From NCBI GenBank assembly GCA_963662285.2, contig CAXXMV010000002.1:704001-768000 (forward strand): a stretch of DNA of 64,000 nucleotides. The letters are read 5' to 3'. Position numbers and translations under genes: made by a program. Positions 50,472 to 60,679 of this stretch are shown piece by piece. Under the pieces are notes generated by a model. That model was not told the DNA's origin and searched no databases. It saw only the letters and a list, made by a program, of their open reading frames with translations. The stretch comes from a bacterium (GTDB lineage Bacteria > Hinthialibacterota > Hinthialibacteria > Hinthialibacterales > Hinthialibacteraceae). The stretch's first letter is position 1. Each line of letters starts with the position of its first letter.

Positions 50472-51155
50472 TTAGGATTTTTGGGGATCGACACCAAGAA
50501 TCCAGATAAAATGAGCCATAGATGCAAATCCAGTATGAATCATCTCATCATTCATTGAAAAGAAGAATACATTGTGGAAATAGGCAAATCCTAATTCCAT
50601 TAATGTATCATAACATTTCAAGTTTATATGTCATTCCCTGTACCAGTTGTTCGCATATTGATCAGCCGTAATATTCTGTGTTCCAATAAGGCAAACACCT
50701 TTATCATTCAGCGAATCAATCAGGTAACTCATGAACGCAGCTTCTTCATCGTGGAAAATATGCTCGATGGTATCAATCAAATATATAGCGTCCATTAAGT
50801 GGGGAAAAAGGATTTTAAGAAAATCGAGATATTCGTAGGATGTATTTTTACAAAATGACATCCTCTTGCGATTGTCGACAAGTAAGTCTTCATTGATATC
50901 TGTACAGATTAACTCATCGACTAACTGGGCGACAATCTCACTGCCATATCCGTCCCCACACCCGATCTCCAACACTTTTTTTTGGCCCTTCAACATTCGG
51001 GCGCAAAATTTATAGCGCGATGAGATGAAACTCTTCCGAATTGGATATTGCATATAAGCCTGCGTTGTATACAGACTCATCTTGATCGGATCAGGCCGTA
51101 TTTTTTGATCGATATATAACCAGAGTTCTTTCGAGTCAGATTGATTCATTACCAA
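50472..51155 (-). pseudogene. Class I SAM methyltransferase (paralog 3) with an in-frame TGA
   Basis: TGA at 50631-50633 sits where paralogs have Gly (GHVN); the frame continues HINLK...FHNVFFFSMNDEMIHTGF...PQKS* to 50472. Confidence 0.85.
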
Positions 51156-51182
51156 TACCTTTAATAGGGTAGCATTTAATGA

Positions 51183-52178
51183 TTATTTCATATTGATGGC
51201 TTGCATCATTTTAATATTGAAATATCGTTTATCTTCCATAGAATCAGGAATCTTATTATCTTTGAACGCTTGGAATAAATCTTGAATGGCATCTTCGATT
51301 GTGTGGGACGGCTCGAATCCAAGTTCGTTCTTGATTTTATCTGAATTCACTCTATATGAACGATTATCATCCGTTGGCGTCGTTACAATATCAACATCAT
51401 CTCCAATAATATCCTGTACCATTTTTGCGATTTCTTTTACTTTATAATTCTGATAACCCGCATTGTATATTTTACCATTGATATCCTCATCCACCCACAC
51501 CAATGTTTTGAGATATAGATCAGTCATATCTTCAATATGAAGATTAGGCCGTTGTTGTTCTCCGCCGAAAACTTTGATCACTCGATTGTTGTATGCATGA
51601 TTTGAAAGAATGTTGACGGTCAGATCAAGACGCAATCGTGGAGAATACCCGCAAACCGTTGCTGGACGCAATGTCAACGCAACCATATCTCCTTTATTCT
51701 CATTTAGATATTCTTCACACATCATTTTGTATTTTGAATAATCAGTTAAAGGTTCCAAAGGTAAGTCTTCAGTGACATGCTCCTCATCTTTAATACCATA
51801 AACACTGGATGAAGATGCATAGATAAAACGCTTGACACCACTCTCCCTAGAAACATTTGCTAAATCGATAAACGCATCATAATTAATCGATTTGCCTAAT
51901 TCAGGATCCAATTCAAAACTAGGATCATTAGAAATACAAGCGAGATGGATAACTGCATCACTACCAGGAATAACTCTCTCAAGCAATGCTCTGTCCCGCA
52001 TATCGCCTTTTATAGTTTCTAATTTTGGATCGTCCTTCACCGCATTAAAAATATCTTCACCGTATAAAAAAAGGTCCAAAACACGTACATGATAACCTTG
52101 GTTCAATAATTTAGGTACAAGAACTGATCCCACATATCCCGCACCACCTGTAACAAACACAGTCTTGAATTTATTCAT
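51183..52178 (-). CDS. NAD-dependent epimerase/dehydratase
   Basis: TGGAGYVGS, HLACISNDP, ASSSSVYG, YSKYK. Confidence 0.92.
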   Translation of the reverse strand: MNKFKTVFVTGGAGYVGSVLVPKLLNQGYHVRVLDLFLYGEDIFNAVKDDPKLETIKGDMRDRALLERVIPGSDAVIHLACISNDPSFELDPELGKSINYDAFIDLANVSRESGVKRFIYASSSSVYGIKDEEHVTEDLPLEPLTDYSKYKMMCEEYLNENKGDMVALTLRPATVCGYSPRLRLDLTVNILSNHAYNNRVIKVFGGEQQRPNLHIEDMTDLYLKTLVWVDEDINGKIYNAGYQNYKVKEIAKMVQDIIGDDVDIVTTPTDDNRSYRVNSDKIKNELGFEPSHTIEDAIQDLFQAFKDNKIPDSMEDKRYFNIKMMQAINMK

Positions 52179-52238
52179 CTTTATTCTCCATGCTTTTTAC
52201 TATATTGTTAATAGTTTTTTTTCTGATTTCTTTATGAA

Positions 52239-53822
52239 TTATTTTAGAAGCGCCGTTATATATTTTTTTACACTCATTTTATCAATATCTTTTTCATTAC
52301 CGATAATTCCCACTGCAAGACCGCCAAAAATATTCCCGATAAATCCAATCAGTTCGTCATCACACTCACAAACGGCTATCAATGATGAAATCGCAAAGAA
52401 TACTTCTCCAACACCAACCCGGTCAACAACACTTGTAGCAAATGCGGGTATAGCAACAAAATCCCCATTCTGCTTTCTTACCTCACACCCTCGTTGACCG
52501 CGTGTGATGACAAGTGAAGAACATTTCATTTTTTCGGCTAATGCTTTCATAGCATTTCGCAAATCGCTGGCTTTTTCTCGTGTCTCCATACGGAAATCCT
52601 GTTCTCCTAAACAGACAAAATCTGCTTTGGGGTACTGGCTGATTGAATGAAATCCGCGATTTGCAGCACTGGTTTGAGTATTTATTGCTAAATACTTGGC
52701 ACCCTCACATAAAACCTGTATGACACGATCACTTATCACGTCATACCCAAAATCGGCTACTACTACTAAATCATATTTAGGTAATTGATTTTTCAACAAT
52801 TCACACAACTCTTCAACCTTCTTTTCAGGAAGTCCTGAATTGTTCATGATATTAACTTCTAAAAGTTTATTGAATGAATAGTTATCTATATATCGCCTTT
52901 TCATTGTCGTCGGAGCATCAGGCTTCATCAGAAAATACGGGGAAACATTCGAGTGAAGATTCTTCCGAATCAATTCTTCTTGAGGATCTGCCTCACCAAG
53001 GACAGTTATCAAATCAACTTTATCTGCAAAATTCGCGATCTGATTAGCAACTGCCAATCCCCCTCCCGAAAAAACATCATTTGATTTGTAGTGCAATGTT
53101 AAAATCGGATCTTTATTGGACTTTCCAATCGGTTCACAGTATTGGTAGTCGTCAAGAATAGTGTCACCGATAACCAATACTTTAATAGAAGACAATTGTT
53201 CCAGCGTATCATGAACATTTTCTATACTATAGCGCTTTGTAAAAAAATTCAGATACTCTTGTGTTTCTTTGGGGCGTTCGGAGAGAAACCGGTTGATTAG
53301 ATTGGAAGAACTGAAAACAATATCTTCAGTAAAGACCATTTCCGCTCCAATTTCATCAACCACCTCAAGTTCAAGACCTATCTTCCCTGTATAATCAGAC
53401 TGTATCCCCTTAAATTCGGAACCTTTGACATAATAATTAGGCCGCAACACCCGCAATAATTCTACAGCCGTTTCCCAATTATTGAGTGCGACATAATCTA
53501 CTTCCGCAAGAGACGCAATGGCTTCCACCCGTAACTCCTCATGAAAAGCGGGCCGCCCAGGTCCTTTATCAACAAAACAATCCGGTGTCAGAGTCACAAC
53601 CAATACATCACCGAATTTCCTAGCTTGCCGGAAATATCGAATATGACCGATATGCAACAAGTCGAAAACACCATGACAATGAACGATTTTTTTCCCATCC
53701 TCACGTAATTTCTTGGTTATTTCCACAAGTTCATAGACATTTTTAATCTTCGCTGCCACAGTCATAACCCTATATGTGCCTCCATTGCGCTTGCTGATTT
53801 CTAGCAAATTAAATAAAAACAA
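52239..53822 (-). CDS. Bifunctional nucleotidyltransferase / PfkB kinase (HldE-like, reversed domain order; start probably ~53765)
   Basis: HGVFDLLHIGH N-terminal; VLVIGD, DFG, ITRG, DRVGVGE C-terminal. Confidence 0.88.
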   Translation of the reverse strand: MFLFNLLEISKRNGGTYRVMTVAAKIKNVYELVEITKKLREDGKKIVHCHGVFDLLHIGHIRYFRQARKFGDVLVVTLTPDCFVDKGPGRPAFHEELRVEAIASLAEVDYVALNNWETAVELLRVLRPNYYVKGSEFKGIQSDYTGKIGLELEVVDEIGAEMVFTEDIVFSSSNLINRFLSERPKETQEYLNFFTKRYSIENVHDTLEQLSSIKVLVIGDTILDDYQYCEPIGKSNKDPILTLHYKSNDVFSGGGLAVANQIANFADKVDLITVLGEADPQEELIRKNLHSNVSPYFLMKPDAPTTMKRRYIDNYSFNKLLEVNIMNNSGLPEKKVEELCELLKNQLPKYDLVVVADFGYDVISDRVIQVLCEGAKYLAINTQTSAANRGFHSISQYPKADFVCLGEQDFRMETREKASDLRNAMKALAEKMKCSSLVITRGQRGCEVRKQNGDFVAIPAFATSVVDRVGVGEVFFAISSLIAVCECDDELIGFIGNIFGGLAVGIIGNEKDIDKMSVKKYITALLK

Positions 53823-54245
53823 AAGGAAGAGAGATACAAAAACATTTCACACTAAAAAAATAACATTTTTAGTAATTAAGGGTGCAGTAATTCTTATCTA
53901 TATACTCCAATTTTCATCTGAGATACTATTAAATAAAAATATGAATAGATACTTTTATTCATAAATTATAGAGTACTATTGATCTTTTGTAACCCTTTAG
54001 CCGAATGAAGAGAATATGTTTTGTAGCCCTTTACGAAATTCTCAATTTTAGTTTATTTTTTTGTAGTATTTTATTATTCTTTTTTCATTCGGTTGAGATT
54101 ATGTACGCATCCGCCCAGCAACGCGCGCAGGATTTGTAGAAAAAAAGCCGTTTGATCAGCGAAATTAGAATTCCCTCCCGCATTGACTCACTTATTTTGT
54201 TACAGAATATACTGTACACCAAAATTCGGACAGGCATCTAAGGTA

Positions 54246-56005
54246 GGGCTTGCTGAAAAACGTTTTCAACTACCGAAGATTATAATCTTCGGTAGTGACT
54301 CAGGGCGATGTACGAACGGGATCACTGCCGAATGAACTTTGATTGCTGAAAAAATTGATCCAGCGTCTCCATTTTGATTTGATAAGCGTTTGAAGCGCCT
54401 CTTGTATTACCTCAATCCACAAATCGATAAACAAAAAGAACCGATTTAAATTACCCAGTCGTGAAATCTTATGCAGATTCATTACGAACAGGTTCAATCC
54501 GATAACCGTCAGTGAGGTTTCTGCCAGTTTAGCCATGATTCTCGCCAAGCCGAAGCGACGTTTTCCCTCTCCAAATTTTCCTTCAATGGCAACACGATCT
54601 ATTTCATCTTGCCGGGCGAGTTGCTTTTGTTCCCGGCGAATGATTTTATCTTTGACGGGACGTCCCATCGCTGGGCCGGATATTCTAATACCATATTTTT
54701 TGCAATAATCCCTATTACTTTTGTTCCGGTAAATTTGATCTACATGAACCGATTCAGGAAAGAAACCAAAATGGTGGCGAAAGTTTTTTATCGTTTGAAT
54801 CAAATCTGTTGACTCGTTGAAATTGTTCCAATCAATTCTTTCCATAAACGCGAATCCATTGACCAGACTGAGATTTAGTTTTGCGCCAAACTCCGTCTCG
54901 GCATTGGCTTTGCCGCGTTTAATGGGACGCACATACGGAAACCAAATACTGACAATCCTGTCAGCAATACGCTTTTGTTTCGAGTCATACATGATTTTTT
55001 GTTGTCGATATAATTCGCTGATCACCAACAGCGCCCGATAGAGGTTCCGTTTCAAAACACCTAGGGAAACAGTCTGCGAGAGAGTTTTTATATGCGCCAG
55101 ATTTCTATTCACATAACCCAATTGTTTACGAATGGCTCGACGAATTACTTTGTATGGATTTCTTTTTTTCTTGGAGATAGCAAGATATTCTTTACGTGCA
55201 TTTTCACGATAGGTACGTGGTTTCTTGCTGCCGTCCGGGCGTTCCTGATGGAGCCGATCAATTATCGCTTCCGTTTTTTCACGCGCTTCGTTGAGTAAAT
55301 TCAAATCGGTGGGGTAACGAATATCGGCTGGAGTGCAAGTCGCATCGATCAATAACTTGCCCCGGTTCTCAACCTCGAAAGTTTCATTGCCATCCTTATT
55401 GGACGTCGATTCATCTGATAACTTCATGGAATCTTTTGGAACGTCATCATCTTCATCTGATGATTTATCATCTTTGGGTTTCGCCGCCGCCAAGGTCATC
55501 GCTTCGTTAATTTTATTCATCGATTCGACGGGAAAACGTTTGCGGAAATGAACCATCATGGAAGCATCAAAAGGTTCTCCGGTTTGAAAACCGTCCAATC
55601 CGATAAAAAACTGGAGATAAGGATTTTCACGGATCTGTTCGACAGTTTCACGATCTGATGCTTTGAGTTCTTCTTTGATAACCAAAGAGCCAAATGCCAT
55701 TCGGGCGGTCAGAGCCGGACAACCAGTCGTCGAGCCGCTTAACTTATTTTTGTATTCACGCTCAACCACCTCCCAGGGAATCATGGCCGCTTTTTTCACC
55801 CAGCGATTATCGGGATCAAGATAACCGCCAAAGGGCAAACCAAATTCGGGAAACATCGGAGTAAAAGAGTCGTTTTTATACATCTTTATCCACTCTCAAG
55901 TGCAAAGGTTTTAAGGGTTTTATGTAATTCCCCTTGCAGGATTCATAGAATGAGTGTAGCATAAACTATTCATTTGTCAAGACTTCCATCTAAAACAGCA
56001 AGCCC
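54246..56005 (-). mobile_element. IS5-family insertion sequence
   Basis: IRs gggcttgctg / cagcaagccc; 7-bp direct repeat TAAGGTA at 54239-54245 and 56006-56012. Confidence 0.92.
54300..55883 (-). CDS. IS5 transposase
   Basis: SDRETVEQIRENPYLQFF, LLIDATCTPADIRYPTD, EFGAK, IEGKFGEGKRRFGL. Confidence 0.93.
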   Translation of the reverse strand: MYKNDSFTPMFPEFGLPFGGYLDPDNRWVKKAAMIPWEVVEREYKNKLSGSTTGCPALTARMAFGSLVIKEELKASDRETVEQIRENPYLQFFIGLDGFQTGEPFDASMMVHFRKRFPVESMNKINEAMTLAAAKPKDDKSSDEDDDVPKDSMKLSDESTSNKDGNETFEVENRGKLLIDATCTPADIRYPTDLNLLNEAREKTEAIIDRLHQERPDGSKKPRTYRENARKEYLAISKKKRNPYKVIRRAIRKQLGYVNRNLAHIKTLSQTVSLGVLKRNLYRALLVISELYRQQKIMYDSKQKRIADRIVSIWFPYVRPIKRGKANAETEFGAKLNLSLVNGFAFMERIDWNNFNESTDLIQTIKNFRHHFGFFPESVHVDQIYRNKSNRDYCKKYGIRISGPAMGRPVKDKIIRREQKQLARQDEIDRVAIEGKFGEGKRRFGLARIMAKLAETSLTVIGLNLFVMNLHKISRLGNLNRFFLFIDLWIEVIQEALQTLIKSKWRRWINFFSNQSSFGSDPVRTSP

Positions 56006-56056
56006 TAAGGTAGGTTATCTCGAAGCCGACAATAGGTAGAAGAGGTGATCTAAATA

Positions 56057-56401
56057 GTGAAAATGCGGAAAAATTTTGATGGAACGTTCAAGGGCAAAGT
56101 AGCGCTGGAGGCAATCAAAAGAGAAAAGACCTTAACCCAGATAGCGAGCGACTACCAAGTTCATGTTAGTCAGATTCGACAGTGGAAAAAACGCCTGTTG
56201 GAAGAGATTCCAGGCTTGTTTTCGCGCAAGCAGGAAAAGAATCAAGCGGAAGCCGAAGAACTGACGGCTGAACTTTACCGTCAGTTCGGGCAAATGAAAG
56301 TGGAACTGGACTGGGTAAAAAAAAGTCAAACCTACTCGGTTGAGCAAAGAAGAAACTCGATCGAACAAGATCATCCTGATATTTCAATAGATACGTCATA
56401 A
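56057..56401 (+). CDS. IS3 OrfA (HTH) running into truncated OrfB
   Basis: FKGKVALEAI...QIRQWKK...LYRQFGQMKVELDWVKK. Confidence 0.8.
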   Translation: MKMRKNFDGTFKGKVALEAIKREKTLTQIASDYQVHVSQIRQWKKRLLEEIPGLFSRKQEKNQAEAEELTAELYRQFGQMKVELDWVKKSQTYSVEQRRNSIEQDHPDISIDTS

Positions 56402-56619
56402 GCATACTAAAATATTCCACAAAAACAACAACCTATACTTAAAAACTAGCCATTTTTCTTTGGTGCAATTCTGAAGATTCATAGGCTCGTGAAAATCGGT
56501 GTTGAAGAACTATAATAGATTGCGTAATATAATTGACGAAATGACTATTCACAACATGAACCTCTTGAAAGAAAATATCGGTGAGGATTTCCCCTAAGAA
56601 TTTATAACCATCGTGTGAA

Positions 56620-59496
56620 TTATTTAAACCCTATATAAAATAATTTAGCTGATACTTTTCGCATATCGTTGCCAGGCAATGATTGATACTTTGTGTTGTG
56701 AATATTTACTTTAATTTTACCAATTTGTTCGATTTCCTCATTAATAATAAAATCACCGACTCCAATTTCCTTTCTTATTATTGTATTTTCGCCAATTGAT
56801 ACTATTATAACATTCTCAATATTTTTATCATTGATATATGGGATAGTTCCTTTTATGATTAGTTTCGATTTTATATCACTCTTTTCTAAAACAAAATAAG
56901 AATCTTCAGAAATCCAGCCATCCTCATAGCAACCAGAATATTCTAAATTTTCGTTTTTTAATTCATTCCTAAAATTCTCAATTCCATTTGGCAATTTTAG
57001 ATTGTTATATTCATCATCCGATATAATAGATATATTTCTGGCAAAACAAACCAATTTACGATAATCTATTGGAATATCAGTTCCAAACATTTTCATTAAT
57101 CCCTTTCTTTCAGAAGGGAAAGATGTTGGATCTACTCCCATATCTATTTCGATATAATATCTATCGTTAATTTTCTTTGGTTTAAAAATTGGTGAAAATA
57201 ATCTTGCAGATCCTCTTCCTATACTATCATAATAATAAATTTCATCAGACAATAATTTAATTGGAGGAATTATGTTTTCTCCATCACTTTTTAATGTCGA
57301 AGTAATATCAATTAGCATTCTACTATTATCTTTATAATTAACTATTTGAAGTAATAGATATCTTCCTACTCCAGACATAGTACAATTTTCATATAACCAA
57401 TCTGGCTCTAAACTCGTGAATGCAACAGTATCAGAATTTTTAACACCTGAATAACGTCCCTTTTCAGATTCTATAAAAATTATCTCATTAGAACAGTCTA
57501 TTTCATTCTTTGATATGAAAAAATGATCTATATCATTTTTATATTTTGTTCTATTAAAAATAGATAAAATGGGAGATGAGAAAATATAGATATTATTTAT
57601 TTCATTACAAATATATCTTTTATCATACCAAAATTTATTATATATTGTATTGTCCACTGTTGTATTATATTCAACATGTTCGTATCTTTCCTCAATTTTA
57701 TTTTTTAATACATTTAAAACATTTTGTATTTTTCGTTTATTCTCATCATTTCTAATTGTTGATATACTCGGTATTATCCATTTATCTAATCTGGGTAAAC
57801 TCGTTCTATCACAAAAAAATAAATTAGGCTTCTCATATAAATAAGCATATTGAAATTTCTTAACTGATGTGTTAAAGGTATCTAAATAAAAAAAACTATT
57901 AGATGGATATAAACTTAGAATATTTTGAAATTCAACATTTATTTTTTTGCTAGATGCATATGGAATTAAAACTAATTTGCCTTTGCTATGTTCTAAATCC
58001 CCATAACTAATATTTACTAACTTATTAGATGAATTTACATTTAATATGAACAAAAGAATTAATAGAATATAATTAAATTTATTTTTCTTGGATGATACTA
58101 ACAAACCAATAATAAATGGTTGTATAAACATTGCAATTTTAAATAATCCAAAATCGCTTTGTTTAATAAATAGGAATACTCCAATCATCAACATTAGAAA
58201 AGACATGATGGCAAAAAAATTTATTTTTTTTATTTGTGTAATCGCAATAATGATACAATAACTATATAAAAACATACCCAGGATTATTTCGATTGATAAT
58301 ATCGGTTCAATTGGATACGTATCAACAAATGTTAGTAAACCCCAAAAATATGTAAAACCTATTGGTAATAAGTAATATGGGAACAATATCACTCTCTGCA
58401 AATCCTCAACAGATGTGGTACCTATGAGAAAATTGACTATTATATTTATAATAGAATTATAAATATAAGATTGCAGAAATATAAAAATTAATAGAAAGAA
58501 GATAGATATGTATAGTATTACTAATTTTGATGAAAATGCATAATTCTTCTCAGTTTCAATCATTCTACAAAAAAGGTATATTAATAAATAGAATATTATA
58601 AACGGAAAAATTTCTGAATATGATATTAATAAAGATGCCAAAATCGTTGCATTTATTAATAATAATCCTATATGTCTTTTTTTACTCTCTTTCATTATAG
58701 AAATAAATAATAGATCAATGAATAATATGGAAGCAATTAATAATCCAATCCCGCAAACTTGTGCAAGCAATTGGCTAATGACTCCCAACAAATTGTTTGA
58801 CATAATTGCTAATATCGAAATTAGTATATAAGAATCCGTAGCTTTTCTCGTCATATAATAGATTAAAGAACCTGAGGAAAACAATATAACAGAATTCAGG
58901 AAAACCATTAATGGCATAAAAATATTATGAAATGATAATCCAGTGCAACTTTTTATTAAAGCTAGTATAATAGGACCACCTGGTCTACTCGGTAATATTA
59001 CAAAAGAAAACCAACTAGTACAGCTATAATCTGTATTAGAGATAATCGACGATATATTTGGAATTTCAAAATAACTTCTCTTGAATAAACCATCCGCTAA
59101 TAAAACATATTCCCCCATATCACTATTAGAAATACTTAACCAATCAAAGCCATATTTAAACATTGGCCTTGAGACAAATAACATAGAAAACATCAGTAAT
59201 AAAAAAAGTAAATTAACATTAATATCCCTATAAAAAAATATTTCTATTTTACGATAATATATTGCAGTTAGCATCAATATTATGCTTACAATAAAAAAAA
59301 CCAAACCAAACTTTTCTACAGAAAAGCCTACCCGACTCAACCAAAAACAAATTAAAATTACCAGAGATAATCCAACAGCGGGAGATAGCATTACAACCAA
59401 AAAATTGTCTAATCTTATATTGCATATTTTTAAAAATATATATCCTATATAAAAAAAATAAAAAAATAAAAAAATTGTCAAAATAAAGGGATACAT
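56620..59496 (-). CDS. Large polytopic membrane protein (GT-C-like) with periplasmic C-terminal domains
   Basis: ~13 TM helices, NSD...Y and RPG loops; C-terminal EDGWI, DYRKL, DMRKV motifs. Confidence 0.75.
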   Translation of the reverse strand: MYPFILTIFLFFYFFYIGYIFLKICNIRLDNFLVVMLSPAVGLSLVILICFWLSRVGFSVEKFGLVFFIVSIILMLTAIYYRKIEIFFYRDINVNLLFLLLMFSMLFVSRPMFKYGFDWLSISNSDMGEYVLLADGLFKRSYFEIPNISSIISNTDYSCTSWFSFVILPSRPGGPIILALIKSCTGLSFHNIFMPLMVFLNSVILFSSGSLIYYMTRKATDSYILISILAIMSNNLLGVISQLLAQVCGIGLLIASILFIDLLFISIMKESKKRHIGLLLINATILASLLISYSEIFPFIIFYLLIYLFCRMIETEKNYAFSSKLVILYISIFFLLIFIFLQSYIYNSIINIIVNFLIGTTSVEDLQRVILFPYYLLPIGFTYFWGLLTFVDTYPIEPILSIEIILGMFLYSYCIIIAITQIKKINFFAIMSFLMLMIGVFLFIKQSDFGLFKIAMFIQPFIIGLLVSSKKNKFNYILLILLFILNVNSSNKLVNISYGDLEHSKGKLVLIPYASSKKINVEFQNILSLYPSNSFFYLDTFNTSVKKFQYAYLYEKPNLFFCDRTSLPRLDKWIIPSISTIRNDENKRKIQNVLNVLKNKIEERYEHVEYNTTVDNTIYNKFWYDKRYICNEINNIYIFSSPILSIFNRTKYKNDIDHFFISKNEIDCSNEIIFIESEKGRYSGVKNSDTVAFTSLEPDWLYENCTMSGVGRYLLLQIVNYKDNSRMLIDITSTLKSDGENIIPPIKLLSDEIYYYDSIGRGSARLFSPIFKPKKINDRYYIEIDMGVDPTSFPSERKGLMKMFGTDIPIDYRKLVCFARNISIISDDEYNNLKLPNGIENFRNELKNENLEYSGCYEDGWISEDSYFVLEKSDIKSKLIIKGTIPYINDKNIENVIIVSIGENTIIRKEIGVGDFIINEEIEQIGKIKVNIHNTKYQSLPGNDMRKVSAKLFYIGFK

Positions 59497-59517
59497 AATA
59501 AAATTACCAATTTAAGG

Positions 59518-60162
59518 TTATCTCTCAAATTCACTAAATTTTCCAGATACAATTCTTTTTGTACAATAAAATAAATTTATTATCATTAAAAATTTCACTT
59601 TATTAATGTATATATTTCCTTCTCTTTTTCTAATATAATCGACATCAAATAATCTTTTAATTCTATTTAATAAAAACATTTTATTAGAAACATGGTCTAA
59701 AAAAATATTAATATCAATTCCCTTACAATGTTTATTAATTTCTCTTAATATTTGAATACGAATAGAACTTATCGTTGAATTTATATAAACAAAAATGTAA
59801 AAATAGCTTAAAATAATATAAGAGGTAATTCCGATAAGATTATAACATACGATATCAATAGTATCAAAATTGTTATTATTGAGATTAAGACAGAAAATTA
59901 AAATCATAAATAATAAACATGTTAAAAAACTAATTAAAGTAGATTTGGTGAGTGATAATTTTTCAAACAAAATAAATATTGAAATCTGAAATATTGCTTC
60001 AATTATCATAAAGAACAATGGCAAAATCATATATATATACATAATAATATTATACAACCTTTTTAGATAATAAGATGTAACGATAAGAGTCAAGATAAAA
60101 TAATGCCCTTTTACCCCTTTGAGTAATATAAATGTTTTCTTCCTCTTTTTTAATAAAACCAT
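59518..60162 (-). CDS. Membrane protein (true start probably ~60040)
   Basis: 3 TM helices, then SSIRIQILREI...RIKRL...YI; resembles the adjacent ORF. Confidence 0.6.
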   Translation of the reverse strand: MVLLKKRKKTFILLKGVKGHYFILTLIVTSYYLKRLYNIIMYIYMILPLFFMIIEAIFQISIFILFEKLSLTKSTLISFLTCLLFMILIFCLNLNNNNFDTIDIVCYNLIGITSYIILSYFYIFVYINSTISSIRIQILREINKHCKGIDINIFLDHVSNKMFLLNRIKRLFDVDYIRKREGNIYINKVKFLMIINLFYCTKRIVSGKFSEFER

Positions 60163-60631
60163 CGCGAATCAAAGATTTTAATCTCGAATCGATAAATGGA
60201 TGTTCTTCGATAAATTTATTTAAATCTTCCTCGTTTATTCCTAAATCTGAATAATTAGAAATAAACCGTAATATGCTTAATGAAGGGCTATCAAATTCAA
60301 ATGCTGTATAAATAGACACATAAAAAAGTACTAATAAGAAATACATAAAAAATAGATAAACATATTGATAAAAAAAGGAAGGAAACAATGAAAAATTATA
60401 ATTAAAATATATCTTCAAAAATTCAATACCTGAAATAAAAAATATAAATATAAAAACATATATGGAGAATATTGACCTTGTATGGTAATTTGGTTTAGTA
60501 ATACGAACAAATAAAATTGATATAACGAAACCCACAAAAAATAATGAAAAACTCAAAACTAGAGGAATCATGATCATACCCCAATTTAAGATAAAGCGGC
60601 AAAAAACATGAAATAACACCGATAACCACAA
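60050..60631 (-). CDS. Membrane protein with C-terminal wHTH-like segment
   Basis: 3-4 TM helices, then SPSLSILRFI...RLKSLIRDGFI...YITQRG. Confidence 0.65.
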   Translation of the reverse strand: MWLSVLFHVFCRFILNWGMIMIPLVLSFSLFFVGFVISILFVRITKPNYHTRSIFSIYVFIFIFFISGIEFLKIYFNYNFSLFPSFFYQYVYLFFMYFLLVLFYVSIYTAFEFDSPSLSILRFISNYSDLGINEEDLNKFIEEHPFIDSRLKSLIRDGFIKKEEENIYITQRGKRALFYLDSYRYILLSKKVV

Positions 60632-60679
60632 TATTCAGAAGGCATATCAAAGGCATCTAAAAAAGATAAAGTGTTATTA

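Larger units (their letters stand above)
54208..56401 (+). mobile_element. Truncated IS3-family element interrupted by the IS5 element
   Basis: IR-like tatactgtacaccaaaattcggacag at 54208; orfA at 56057; A8G frameshift site near 56317; orfB truncated. Confidence 0.75.

Noticed and set aside
50631-50633. Selenocysteine or genetic-code-25 read-through
   Set aside because: The aligned residue is Gly rather than Cys, no obvious SECIS hairpin follows, and TGA terminates other genes in the window
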